64,000 bases of DNA from Methanomicrobiales archaeon (GCA_037137755.1 JBAXJR010000004.1:14552-78551), one strand, 5' to 3'. Shown: positions 10,595-20,538, numbered from the stretch's first letter. Notes: generated by a model not told the origin, from the sequence alone. Program-made: numbers and translations.

Positions 10595-11271
10595 TGATCG
10601 ATGAAGCGCTCAAAGCATTACGTGACGGCAAGTTCATCCTGCTCTACGATTTTGATGACCGTGAAAGGGAGACCGATTTTGCAATACGGTCTGATGCGGT
10701 CACCCCGCGCCATATTTTCCAGATGAGGAAGGACGGTGGCGGACTAATCTGCACGGCGGTTCATCCGGTCGCAGCCCAGCGTCTCGGGCTGCCGTTTGCA
10801 AGCGACGCACTCAGGGCAATTGCCGTGGCGGAACGGGAGGGGGACATCCCGTACGACCGCAAGAACCATTCCTCCTTCTCTCTCTGGGTGAACCACCGCA
10901 ACACGTTCACGGGCATCACCGACCGTGACCGTGCACTAACTGTCAACGCGATTGCGGAACAGGTGAAACAGGCACTGAATGGCGGGAACGTTAACTTCCA
11001 CGAGGTTTTCCGCACCCCCGGGCATATGGCGCTCCTGAGGGCGGCGGACGGGCTGCTCGACCGGCGGAAAGGCCAGACCGAGCTCTCGATAGCCATGGCA
11101 GAGATGGCAGGTGTCACCCCGGCAATCACCATCTGCGAGATGCTGGATGATGAGTCCGGTTACGCACTGACAAAAACAGATGCAAGGATCTACGCAGAAA
11201 CGCACGGCCTTGAATTTGTCGAAGGTCCCGAAGTGATGGAGCGGTGGGAAGAACAAAAAAGGCATCAATAA
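10594..11271 (+). CDS. ribB: 3,4-dihydroxy-2-butanone 4-phosphate synthase
   Basis: LLYDFDDRERETDF and RTPGHMALL motifs. The GTG start overlaps the ribK stop (TAGTG). Confidence 0.85.
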   Translation: MIDEALKALRDGKFILLYDFDDRERETDFAIRSDAVTPRHIFQMRKDGGGLICTAVHPVAAQRLGLPFASDALRAIAVAEREGDIPYDRKNHSSFSLWVNHRNTFTGITDRDRALTVNAIAEQVKQALNGGNVNFHEVFRTPGHMALLRAADGLLDRRKGQTELSIAMAEMAGVTPAITICEMLDDESGYALTKTDARIYAETHGLEFVEGPEVMERWEEQKRHQ

Positions 11272-11513
11272 CCCTTCATTTTTCCATTCTTTATGGCTGA
11301 TAATGTTCAGAAATACCGCATTATTCATCAATTCATGCATTGCAATGCAGAACAACCTGTTTAAAACCCATATCCCGGGCCCTTTTAAGAACCCGCACTC
11401 GTGGGGCCACATGTACCGTCACATTAGCATGGATCCGTCTCATGACGATGTGATCCGCCCGATTCATGGAGCATTCACAAAGATCAAATGCACCAAAACC
11501 CTAATGGTATGTA

Positions 11514-13115
11514 ATGCAAGACATTTCCCAGGCGCTCCATAACCTTGGATACCCGGCATTCCGCCCGTTCCAGGAGGAGATTGTTCGGGATGTCCTGGCC
11601 CGGCGGGATGTATTGGGTCTTTTTGCGACGGGCGCCGGGAAATCTCTCTGTTACCAGCTTCCTGCAGTATTACTCGAGGGAGTGACCGTTGTTGTTTCGC
11701 CCCTGATCTCCCTGATGAAGGAGCAGGTTGGCACATTACAAAAAAAGGGTATCGCAGCTGCCTCGCTCAACAGCACCCAGTCGTACAGCGAGACAAAGGA
11801 GATCACAGAGGCAATTATTGCAGGGGACCTCAGGATCCTTTTTGTTTCCCCTGAAAAGATATCGACCAAATCTTTTTTTACGCTTATGCAGAAAGCTCGG
11901 ATAAGCTTTTTTGCCATTGATGAGGCCCATTGCATCTCGACATGGGGCCACCAGTTCAGGCCTGAATACCGGAACCTTTCAGTCTTGAAGGAAAAGTATC
12001 CCGGAACACCGATCATTGCTCTAACGGCCACGGCTGTGCCCGATGTGAGAAGGGATATTATCAACCAGCTCCATCTCGTGAACCCGAAGGTATACGTAGG
12101 CAGTTTTAACCGGCCGAACCTGTTTTACGACGTAAGGTTGACTCCCAATATTTACCGGCATATCACCTCCGATATCTCGTCACGAAGGAATGTAACGGGT
12201 ATCATATACTGCCATACCAGGAAGGAGACAGAGACACTTGCGAAAAAATTGCGAAATGACGGGTTTTCTGCCGCTGCATACCATGCAGGTCTTTCAGATG
12301 CGACCCGCACCCGGGTCCAGAATGCGTTCAACAAGGGTACAACGAAGGTGATTTGTGCAACGGTCGCGTTTGGGATGGGCATAGACCGGCCTGACCTCCG
12401 GTTCGTTATCCATTACGGGATGCCGAAATGCATTGAATCGTATTATCAGGAGAGCGGCAGGGCCGGAAGGGACGGGGGGCCTGCGGACTGTATCCTCTAT
12501 TACCGGAAGTCCGACCGCCCCCGTTTAACTGCCCTCATCACGAAGGATTCCTCCTCGTACGAACTCCGGAAAAAGACCCTGGAGAAACTCGACCAGATGG
12601 CCCGTTATTGTGAGACAACCTGTTGCCGGAGGGCCGTCCTGCTCCGCTACTTCGAAGAGGACTACCCTGGTAAGGTAGACCGGTGCTGCGATACCTGTAA
12701 TCCGTCTGAACACCCGGTCATGGACACACCAGGCGAGGCGTCACCCGAACCCCGGAAGGCCAGGCGGCGTTCTATCCGGCAGGCAGTTGAAGTAACTCTG
12801 GTCGCCCAGCTCATTGTGCAGGGTATTATCGACCTCGAAACTCCATACCCCGCGTCGTATATTGCCGGGGTCCTGACCGGTGCCGTTAATAAAAAAGTCA
12901 CCGGGAATGGCCATGATAGACTGAAGAGTTACCGGACGGTCAGGGGCTGGACCGGGAAAAACCTCGCAGCCCTTATCCGTCACCTCGCGGAACAGGGGAT
13001 TCTCCGTGAACTTGACGGTATACCAAAGAAGGTCACGCTGAACGAACGGAGCGGGGAGGTATTCCGGTCAGGGGCGAAGATACTCTATAAGATCTCTGTA
13101 TCTGAATCAGGGTAA
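11514..13115 (+). CDS. recQ: RecQ-family ATP-dependent DNA helicase
   Basis: FRPFQEEIV, TGAGKSLCYQLPA, DEAHCISTWGHQFRPEY, and the Zn-binding RQC segment CRRAVLLRYFEE...CCDTC. No obvious HRDC domain. Confidence 0.85.
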   Translation: MQDISQALHNLGYPAFRPFQEEIVRDVLARRDVLGLFATGAGKSLCYQLPAVLLEGVTVVVSPLISLMKEQVGTLQKKGIAAASLNSTQSYSETKEITEAIIAGDLRILFVSPEKISTKSFFTLMQKARISFFAIDEAHCISTWGHQFRPEYRNLSVLKEKYPGTPIIALTATAVPDVRRDIINQLHLVNPKVYVGSFNRPNLFYDVRLTPNIYRHITSDISSRRNVTGIIYCHTRKETETLAKKLRNDGFSAAAYHAGLSDATRTRVQNAFNKGTTKVICATVAFGMGIDRPDLRFVIHYGMPKCIESYYQESGRAGRDGGPADCILYYRKSDRPRLTALITKDSSSYELRKKTLEKLDQMARYCETTCCRRAVLLRYFEEDYPGKVDRCCDTCNPSEHPVMDTPGEASPEPRKARRRSIRQAVEVTLVAQLIVQGIIDLETPYPASYIAGVLTGAVNKKVTGNGHDRLKSYRTVRGWTGKNLAALIRHLAEQGILRELDGIPKKVTLNERSGEVFRSGAKILYKISVSESG

Positions 13116-13134
13116 CAGAAAAAAGGGATGATTT

Positions 13135-13728
13135 TTAGAATTTTAATTGTGACAGCGCATGGTAGACCATTTTCCGGTATGCGACCAGGTCGATATGGTA
13201 TTTCTCGGTTGCATGCACTGAATCGGGGCCCGGAACCGGGTTGTCCAGGCGGTCTAAGGTGGCTTTTGCAGTGTCGAGGACCCATGTGTCCCTGATCTCG
13301 CGGTCTACAATTGTGATGGACTCTGCCCTGATCGAGACGAGGACCGTGCCATCAGGCGTCTCGTACATCGATGGTTTCCCAACGACTGCCACAAATGCAG
13401 GCGGCTCTATTCGGGCCATCTGCTGCATCGCCTCGGGCTGGTAACTCCCGGCAACGACAAAGAAGGTACCGGTTGGATCAACAATCCGTGCCCGGTAAAA
13501 CATGTTCTGTTCACCCTGGCGCTTCTTTTCGGTCATAGACCCGACGAGGAATACCCTGTTGCACCGCTGCCCAGTGGGCAGGAGTACGTAGGAAGGACTC
13601 TTTTCATCGGTCCCATCGCGGAACTGTTCCCGAATCTCGCGGAGTTCTCCGGCAAACACCCTCCGGGCCGGTTCACGTTCGAACATGTTCTCCCTCTTGG
13701 GGAATCCGCCGGTTGCCGGGGTACTCAT
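13135..13728 (-). CDS. RPA-associated OB-fold protein (RPAP / COG3390-like)
   Basis: 197 aa, coupled to the upstream RPA gene by an ATGA overlap. Its size and position match haloarchaeal rpa-rpap operons. Family assignment is from recollection. Confidence 0.55.
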   Translation of the reverse strand: MSTPATGGFPKRENMFEREPARRVFAGELREIREQFRDGTDEKSPSYVLLPTGQRCNRVFLVGSMTEKKRQGEQNMFYRARIVDPTGTFFVVAGSYQPEAMQQMARIEPPAFVAVVGKPSMYETPDGTVLVSIRAESITIVDREIRDTWVLDTAKATLDRLDNPVPGPDSVHATEKYHIDLVAYRKMVYHALSQLKF

Positions 13729-14954
13729 GAAACCTCGCCTCCCGTGCGGTTTAATAATTCAGCCAGCAATGTCGGTTCGAAATGGATGGATTCACATGAG
13801 TTGACGATCAGCCTCCGGTCGATCTCTCTCCCCTCGCAACGCAGGTAGCGCCCGAGGATCTTCTCCCTCATGCGTAAAAACACCTCATCCATGCCGAGCG
13901 GGTTGTTCTCAGCAAGTTCCTTTGACACTTCCAGGGTCATACCCGTTAGCGACTCTACAACCTCACGCTGCACCAGCACCTCCTCGGTGCGGATCCCGTC
14001 ATCGAGCCAGCCCTTGATCCGGAGGTCGTAGTTGAATTTTGGTTGCATTTCATGGACCGGGCAATAATTCTGCCGCGAAAGCACCCGGTTACACCCCTCG
14101 GCGGTGCATCGCTTGATCAGCCCTGAACCCGGGGCAATATGGACAAGTGCCCCCTGGAACGTGGTGGCCCCGGAAGAAACGGCTATATCTCCTTCTTCGG
14201 CGACAATATTTGCCGTATTCATGTTCAGTGAGTGACGCCCGTTGAACTCGTCCACAAGGGCGTAATAGATATTATACACCATTCCTGGTGTCAGGCGTTC
14301 TTTTCCCTCCTCTTTCCAGGTAACAAATTTTACGGTGCCCGTCTCATCCCCGAGAAGACCTGACTGCAGCATCCGGTCGTGGGTGACATCCCATTCCTGT
14401 ATCATCTTCGCCCTGACGCTGGCAACACCTGCCGCCAGTTCGGCTATGGGAGTTATGACCGGGATTATTACCCCGTCACCTTCGAGCTCCTTCACGGTTG
14501 TCCCGGAGTGGACTTTCAGGCTGAGGGCCCCCTTGAACTCATCAACTACCGCGGACTCAAAGCGGTACCACGAGTCCTTTTTGATCTCCGGTACCGATGC
14601 CTTTGACCAGACTACAAACCGGATCGCTCCTGAAGCGTCTGCGATAATCCCTGAGTAGGCGATCGATGGCGAGGGTGAACTGCCAAGTGCAACGACCTTC
14701 CCCTCAATAGTGACCCATTCTTCCGGGCTGACCGAGTTGATCTGCTTCTGATCACCGGGACCCGCGGCACCACCGAGCTGGATGCCATAATCGCGTGCAA
14801 TATCGTACAATACGGTCCGCTCGGCATCAGCCGGCTGAACCCCGAACTCCTCAATAAGGCGGCGCAGTTTCTGCTCAATCTTTGCTTTATCTGCCGCATG
14901 TCCTTTTGACTCAATTTTTTGGGAGATTCTGTCAACAATCTGGGAAATATCCAT
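13725..14954 (-). CDS. rpa: Replication protein A (ssDNA-binding, multi-OB with zinc finger)
   Basis: Repeated OB-fold segments and the zinc motif CTAEGCNRVLSRQNYCPVHE. Confidence 0.8.
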   Translation of the reverse strand: MDISQIVDRISQKIESKGHAADKAKIEQKLRRLIEEFGVQPADAERTVLYDIARDYGIQLGGAAGPGDQKQINSVSPEEWVTIEGKVVALGSSPSPSIAYSGIIADASGAIRFVVWSKASVPEIKKDSWYRFESAVVDEFKGALSLKVHSGTTVKELEGDGVIIPVITPIAELAAGVASVRAKMIQEWDVTHDRMLQSGLLGDETGTVKFVTWKEEGKERLTPGMVYNIYYALVDEFNGRHSLNMNTANIVAEEGDIAVSSGATTFQGALVHIAPGSGLIKRCTAEGCNRVLSRQNYCPVHEMQPKFNYDLRIKGWLDDGIRTEEVLVQREVVESLTGMTLEVSKELAENNPLGMDEVFLRMREKILGRYLRCEGREIDRRLIVNSCESIHFEPTLLAELLNRTGGEVS

Positions 14955-15098
14955 TTTACATCTCCAGTTACATGTTCACCCGGTACCGCATATTAATGGT
15001 GGTCGGATGCGCAGGGTGAAACTGATCGGTACTACCTTCCGTGGAGATCACCTGCCATAAGTCACAGGTTTAAGTACCGGAATAGTGAATAGTACCGT

Positions 15099-15290
15099 AT
15101 GACAATAACAGCAGACAGCACCATCTATGATCTTCTAAAAGCCAAACCAGAATCATCCGAGGTCTTATTCAAGTTTGGAATGGGTTGCGTCGGATGTGCG
15201 ATAGCCCGCGGGGAAACGGTCCGTGAGGCAGCCGAGGCTCATGGTGTCCCGCTGGACGAACTCGTCGCAGCACTTGGGATCTCAAAATAA
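15099..15290 (+). CDS. DUF1858 small protein (hybrid-cluster-protein-associated redox disulfide type)
   Basis: 63 aa with the MGCVGC motif and the helical layout of DUF1858. Confidence 0.6.
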   Translation: MTITADSTIYDLLKAKPESSEVLFKFGMGCVGCAIARGETVREAAEAHGVPLDELVAALGISK

Positions 15291-16166
15291 ATCCTGTTTT
15301 TTAACCCTGTTTTGTTCATTTTTTTTCATCTCCCCAAGCGAGGCTTCCGGGTGACTCCGGAGATAATCTGCCTGTTCCGGTGAATGAAGAAGTGTGCATC
15401 TGCTGCAGTTCCAGACGGTGCCGCCGTTTGAACCGTTTACCCACTGGCCAAGGGTTTCATCTTTACAGGGGTAAAACGGGCAATAACAGTAATCACATCG
15501 CTGGCCGGGAAAATGGCACGGATAATAGGGGCATTCCCCGGGACGCCACAGGACAAAGTGACCGCCTCCCAGCCGGGAATAAACATACAGGGCCGGACCG
15601 TTTCCACGGTCTTCCTTATGTAATGCATGCGGAAGACCGAACAGGATGCTCTCATACACGCGCCAACCCGCCTCTGATTGAAGTCCTGCCTCCTTGTGGC
15701 GGGACTCCCCTTCGGATGCCACCATGACATGGTCATCTGTTGTGGACGATACCGGAAGCCCCATGTTGATGAGGGCCATCGCTTTTGCACTGGTTACGGT
15801 AACGATCATCTGCAGGAGTGCATTCTCTGCAAGTCCTTCCCCCGAATATGCTATTATCGCGACCTGGTCCGGCTGGTCGTCAACACCGGCGGAGGCCTGG
15901 ATAAAGACGGTGGTATAATCGTACTGGACAATACAAAGACGCCTGATATCATTTCCCGCAACCAAGCCGAAAAAATCCACTGGAAGGCCCTCACGGCTGA
16001 CCTGGCGTGTTATCTCCCTGCATGGGTCCCCATGCGGCACATGAGTCTCTCCGGGGCTGTAAAGTACTACCGTTGACACGGGACAAAGGCCACCGCAGGG
16101 TCCGGTACTCGCGGCAGAAAATGGGCCCCTGATAAAAAGAGTATCCTTCCTGGTATAATATCTCAT
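15282..16166 (-). CDS. cbiZ: Adenosylcobinamide amidohydrolase CbiZ fused to a C-terminal cysteine-rich small domain
   Basis: The N-terminal roughly 200 aa are CbiZ-like. The C-terminus carries CPYYPCHFPGQRCDYCYCPFYPC, the cysteine-rich small domain signature. Confidence 0.7.
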   Translation of the reverse strand: MRYYTRKDTLFIRGPFSAASTGPCGGLCPVSTVVLYSPGETHVPHGDPCREITRQVSREGLPVDFFGLVAGNDIRRLCIVQYDYTTVFIQASAGVDDQPDQVAIIAYSGEGLAENALLQMIVTVTSAKAMALINMGLPVSSTTDDHVMVASEGESRHKEAGLQSEAGWRVYESILFGLPHALHKEDRGNGPALYVYSRLGGGHFVLWRPGECPYYPCHFPGQRCDYCYCPFYPCKDETLGQWVNGSNGGTVWNCSRCTLLHSPEQADYLRSHPEASLGEMKKNEQNRVKKQDLF

Positions 16167-16184
16167 GAAAACCCAGGGTTTCGT

Positions 16185-16547
16185 TTATGCTACGGTATAA
16201 CGGACCCGGTCCTTCAATTCCTGCTGTTTACCCGCATTCCATCCGGAAACGTCCTGGAGGTAACCGGTGACCCGGCTTATCTGGACGACATCGTGAGACC
16301 CGCATTCCGGGCAGACGGCGGCCCGGCAGAGCGGGCAATAATCGATCCCGGAAAGGATCTCGTGGGAGCAGTGACAGTGGTCAAGGGGGCACATAATTTC
16401 GAGGTGTTCCTCGCCACACTTCGGGCACGGTGTCTCATCGACAATAAGGTGGCAGGTATGACACTTGTATCTGCGTTCGGCTCCGGGAATATCTTCGAGG
16501 TGCGGGTATTTTTCTGCAATTTTTCTCTGGTCTGCGGTCCAATCCAT
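16185..16547 (-). CDS. Stand-alone NrdD C-terminal (Zn-ribbon + glycyl radical) domain protein
   Basis: CPLC-x4-CPEC-x10[26 protein letters not shown] matches the conserved C-terminal signature of class III ribonucleotide reductase. The ORF is only 120 aa. Confidence 0.75.
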   Translation of the reverse strand: MDWTADQRKIAEKYPHLEDIPGAERRYKCHTCHLIVDETPCPKCGEEHLEIMCPLDHCHCSHEILSGIDYCPLCRAAVCPECGSHDVVQISRVTGYLQDVSGWNAGKQQELKDRVRYTVA

Positions 16548-16654
16548 ACTATCAGATAGAATGCCATCCTTTTAAACTTTTAGACCGTTCAGGGAGAGTT
16601 TCCGCCTCAGTTAACTCATAGGGTTCATCTTTTTTTATCAGTCTTCCTTTCTCA

Positions 16655-17290
16655 TCATTGGCGGATACCTGCAAACTGTAATACAGCTTCTTCCGGATCT
16701 TCTGCTTCGTAGATAGCCCGGCCGATAATAATCCCATCCACAATCCCTGCAATTGATGAAATATCTCCTCCCTGTGCCCCTACACCAGGGGAATAAATTT
16801 TCAGATCGCCGATAAGCCCCTTCAGGGTAGCAACGCGCTCAGGCCTGGTTGCCGGGGCAATAATGCCCTCCGCCCCGCACTCTTTCGCGAGTACGGCAAT
16901 CCTCTCTGCGATGCCACCATGAAAGAATTCTGTGGCCCCTGGATGGCTCATCTCGGTCACCACGAAGCAGTCACCGCCGTACTCCCTGGCAACCTCAACG
17001 CACGCGGTGACGGAGTCACGGCCGGTAAAACCGTGGCTGATCAATGCGTCATAACCTGACGTGAATACCTCTTCTGCGATAAGCCTGCTGGTATTGGGGA
17101 TGTCTGCAACTTTAAAATCTGCGATCAGGGGGAGGTCAAGGTCGCCAAGTTCTTCGGCAACTGAAAGCCCGGCTGCCAGGACGAGGGGATAGCCCACCTT
17201 CACCGCATCAATATGCGGTGCGCAGCGGGTGGCAATTGCTATTGCTTTGCGTTTGTCCGTCACATCGAGTGCGAGTATCAGCGAGGTCAT
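16655..17290 (-). CDS. pyrF: Orotidine 5'-phosphate decarboxylase
   Basis: LILALDV, DAVKVG and IADFKVADIPNT motifs. The start at the internal Met gives an ATGA overlap with the upstream gene. Confidence 0.85.
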   Translation of the reverse strand: MTSLILALDVTDKRKAIAIATRCAPHIDAVKVGYPLVLAAGLSVAEELGDLDLPLIADFKVADIPNTSRLIAEEVFTSGYDALISHGFTGRDSVTACVEVAREYGGDCFVVTEMSHPGATEFFHGGIAERIAVLAKECGAEGIIAPATRPERVATLKGLIGDLKIYSPGVGAQGGDISSIAGIVDGIIIGRAIYEAEDPEEAVLQFAGIRQ

Positions 17291-18231
17291 GATTCCAGCC
17301 TCTCGAGCACCGCTGCAACCATGAACGGGAGGAGGACCGTTGCATCGCCATAGACCGTCACGGCTGATGCCTCCTCGGTGATCTTGCCCCATGAACGGGC
17401 CTCATCAAGCGTGGCCCCTGAAAGGCCGCCGAGGTCAGGGCGGTCACCTGTCAGCTGGACCGCGTGGGAGAAACCGTTCTCGGTCATAAGCATACTCTGC
17501 AGGATATAATTTTTCGGCACGCCACCCCCGACAAGCATTGCTCCTGCTTTTTTTGCCGTAAAGCAGCGGTCGAGCAACATCGGCATATCCTTAAACGCGT
17601 CCACGGTGACGTGTCCGGTCTGGGAAAACAACCAGTACTGGAGACCTATCATGGAGTCCTGGATTGCAGGACAGAATACCGGGACCGATCTGTTTGAAGC
17701 TGTTGCAAGGATACCGGAGTCGAGACGCGACCCGATATGGGTGAGCAGCTCGCTTATTGAGACCGTTGTTCCCTCCGGGAGCTCCGAATAAATCCCCTGC
17801 ATGAACTCTTCAAATTTGATAAACGCGTTGTTCGGGAGGTAGACATCGTAGATCCGGTTTATCTCCTCGTGCCTCAGTTCTACGTCCGAACATCCGGCAT
17901 CGCCGTGGTAATGGCGGCAGCCGATCGCCTCGATAATGTCGTGGGTAAGGTTCGCGCCGGTCGAGACAAGGACGTCGATATGTCCTGCTTCTATAAGATC
18001 CCTGACTATCCCGCCCATGCCCGCAGGCACCATGGCCCCCGCAAGACCAAAAAATTTCGTTACATCGGGGTCACGGAGCATTTTTTCGTAAATGCAGACG
18101 GCACGGTACAGTGCACCGCCATTGTATGCTCCCGCCTGCCCCATCTGTTCGGCAAGTTCTCCTACGGTCATTCCTGCTTTCAGGCATACCTGCCTGACCG
18201 GCACACGGCATTCGTGACTCAATGGACTCAC
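17287..18231 (-). CDS. dys: Deoxyhypusine synthase
   Basis: 314 aa with the GGGVPKNY motif and typical DHS N-terminal region. Confidence 0.85.
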   Translation of the reverse strand: MSPLSHECRVPVRQVCLKAGMTVGELAEQMGQAGAYNGGALYRAVCIYEKMLRDPDVTKFFGLAGAMVPAGMGGIVRDLIEAGHIDVLVSTGANLTHDIIEAIGCRHYHGDAGCSDVELRHEEINRIYDVYLPNNAFIKFEEFMQGIYSELPEGTTVSISELLTHIGSRLDSGILATASNRSVPVFCPAIQDSMIGLQYWLFSQTGHVTVDAFKDMPMLLDRCFTAKKAGAMLVGGGVPKNYILQSMLMTENGFSHAVQLTGDRPDLGGLSGATLDEARSWGKITEEASAVTVYGDATVLLPFMVAAVLERLES

Positions 18232-18301
18232 CAGATACTGGTGAATTTATTGATCGCGTCCAAGCATAACACCTTCCCGTTTTGATGGCCTGCACCGGGG
18301 G

Positions 18302-19516
18302 TCACGGGCCCCGGCAGAGTGGTTTTGCCAGATGCCTGCGGGCGATTGGCGGGACTTCATACCACCCGGGGGTGATCGCCCGATCATGAAAGGTGATTTG
18401 TGGCTCTTTTTCATGTGCCCCGCATTTCCTGCACTTGTATCCTTTCTTTAAACCTGCACTGGTCATGCGGGCTCCACAGGAAGGACATATGGGTGGCCGC
18501 GTTGTCACGGCGGGTGCAAGTGTGAGAATGCAGAGCTTTTCGAGGTTAATACTTCCCCCTTTATAGCTCCCGGTGACGAGGACCCGGTCCCCTGACCATA
18601 ATGCACGAAGGACGTTCCGGAACCCCTTGGTCGGCTCATATGCCATGCAACGGACAACTGTATCCCCGTTCCCGATCTCGATCGAGACATGTCCCCCTCT
18701 CCCCGTTTGTGAATGGGAACACACCGTACCACTTACACGATAGGAATAGCCCTCATTGAGTCCCCCAATCTTTCCCTCAACGAGGTGCGCATCGGTACCC
18801 TGGTTTGTAACAAAAATCTGTCCGACTCCTGTCGGCTCGGATTTCACCTGCATCCTTGCGAATGCAACCCACGACGGGCTCTCTCCACGGATCCCGAAGA
18901 GGACCGGGTCAGGTGTATGCGGGACACAGACTACGCAGTTATTTTCGACATCGACCGTATCCCAGGTGTGCGGGAAGGTGGACGCCTCGGCATCAAACAG
19001 GCTTTCCCGGTCGACAAATCTCGGGGTACCAAAGGTGTCGCTATCCCGGTATGCCAGGTATTCGTATGTCCTGTCCGGGACCACACTGCATACCGCAGCG
19101 GTTGCCCCGATAAGTCCCCTGCCATTTTTAAAGCCTTTATAGCGGGCCCCTGCGGCCTCGAGGACTGCCACCGCTTCTTCAGTGGTACAGAAGTCCCGCA
19201 CTGCTTTCCAGTAAAAATCCGGTGCAGGGCGATTTTCCACGGCCACTACACCGGGATTTGTATTTTCGTGTGAAAAATGGGCAAGTCCGGCTACCATATC
19301 GCAGGCGATCTCAAACACCCGGTCTGTATCTCCATCTACCTCCAGGCAGATCGCTGCATTTCCCCGCGTCTTGTAGATCACGTTCGGGTTCAGGCGGAGG
19401 AGCCTTGCTTCCCGTACTGGCATATGCATTGTTATCAGTCGCCTGGCCAGCAGTGCCCCGAGATAGGTGGTGCACATGCCGGAAGGTGAATCCGTATCGT
19501 CAACGCCGAGAAGCAT
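18302..19516 (-). CDS. tiaS: tRNA(Ile2) 2-agmatinylcytidine synthetase
   Basis: N-terminal MLLGVDDTDSPSGMCTTYLG and C-terminal zinc ribbon CPSCGARM...CRKCG. Confidence 0.85.
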   Translation of the reverse strand: MLLGVDDTDSPSGMCTTYLGALLARRLITMHMPVREARLLRLNPNVIYKTRGNAAICLEVDGDTDRVFEIACDMVAGLAHFSHENTNPGVVAVENRPAPDFYWKAVRDFCTTEEAVAVLEAAGARYKGFKNGRGLIGATAAVCSVVPDRTYEYLAYRDSDTFGTPRFVDRESLFDAEASTFPHTWDTVDVENNCVVCVPHTPDPVLFGIRGESPSWVAFARMQVKSEPTGVGQIFVTNQGTDAHLVEGKIGGLNEGYSYRVSGTVCSHSQTGRGGHVSIEIGNGDTVVRCMAYEPTKGFRNVLRALWSGDRVLVTGSYKGGSINLEKLCILTLAPAVTTRPPICPSCGARMTSAGLKKGYKCRKCGAHEKEPQITFHDRAITPGWYEVPPIARRHLAKPLCRGP

Positions 19517-19569
19517 GCAAATAACCTATTATTTATTGTATCACGTACTAAATCCATTCCTAACGGTAA

Positions 19570-20484
19570 ATGACACAGGACCGGCTCCTCCAGATGGTCA
19601 TCAGCGTGATGATCTCGGGGGGTTATCTCGTCTCCGAACGGTTCAGCATGCGGCCGAGGAGTTTTGATCTCATCGCGAGCAACGGGAAGATGACGCTCGC
19701 GATAAAAGTCGTGTCCCACATTGATAGTGTCAGCGAGGATACAGCTTCCGACCTTGAGCTGGTCGCACGCCATCTCAAGGGTTCTGCGATTATTATCGGA
19801 GAGCGGGCAAGGGATGCGGAACTCGAGCGTGGCGCCGTATATCTCCGGTACGGGATCTATGCGATCAGCGTTTCAACGCTCTACGATTACGTGGTCGAGG
19901 CGATCCCACCACTGATTTATGCATCGCCCGGGGGGCTTTACGTCGCGATTAATGGAGATGCACTCCGTGAGCAGAGGGAACGGCGTTGCATGTCGCTCGG
20001 GGACCTCGGCCATCTCCTCGGGGTATCCAGGCGGACGATCAGCAAGTATGAAAGCGGTATGGGGACAACGCTCGAAGTTGCCCAGAAGATAGAAGAACTG
20101 TTCGACAGCGGGCTCGTGCAGTCCATCGACCTGCTTCAGCCGCACGGGGAGTCCAAAGAACGGGTGGAAAACCCTGTCAGGGAGGTGCCGATGAGTTTCC
20201 TCGAGCAAATCGGGATGAAACTGCATACCCTCCAGCGGGCACCGTTCCAGGCCCTCATCACCTTCCATGACCACACGATCCTGACAGGATATGGCACGGC
20301 TGATCGTGTAGTAAGGCGCGCTGCATTGATCGGGAACATCTCACAGGTGACTGGTACCAGGGCCATGTGCGTCCTCACCGATTACTATAAACAGAAAAAA
20401 ATCGGGAAAACCCTGGTTATCGGTGAGGAACGCCTCCATCACATTGCAGACGGCGAAGAACTGATCGAAATGATCGATAAGTGA
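19570..20484 (+). CDS. Archaeal putative HTH-type transcriptional regulator (COG1395 type)
   Basis: Central XRE-type [26 protein letters not shown], flanked by N- and C-terminal domains typical of this archaea-specific family. Confidence 0.65.
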   Translation: MTQDRLLQMVISVMISGGYLVSERFSMRPRSFDLIASNGKMTLAIKVVSHIDSVSEDTASDLELVARHLKGSAIIIGERARDAELERGAVYLRYGIYAISVSTLYDYVVEAIPPLIYASPGGLYVAINGDALREQRERRCMSLGDLGHLLGVSRRTISKYESGMGTTLEVAQKIEELFDSGLVQSIDLLQPHGESKERVENPVREVPMSFLEQIGMKLHTLQRAPFQALITFHDHTILTGYGTADRVVRRAALIGNISQVTGTRAMCVLTDYYKQKKIGKTLVIGEERLHHIADGEELIEMIDK

Positions 20485-20538
20485 CAATGTTTATATAGAA
20501 CCACAAACCAACTTTTACCGCTCAAAGTGGTGAAAACT

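Noticed and set aside
11336-11349. Perfect 14-bp palindrome TGCATTGCAATGCA between ribB and recQ
   Set aside because: The expected number of perfect 7+7 palindromes in 64 kb is about 4 (64000/4^7). The palindrome is therefore not significant on its own, and I saw no second copy elsewhere.
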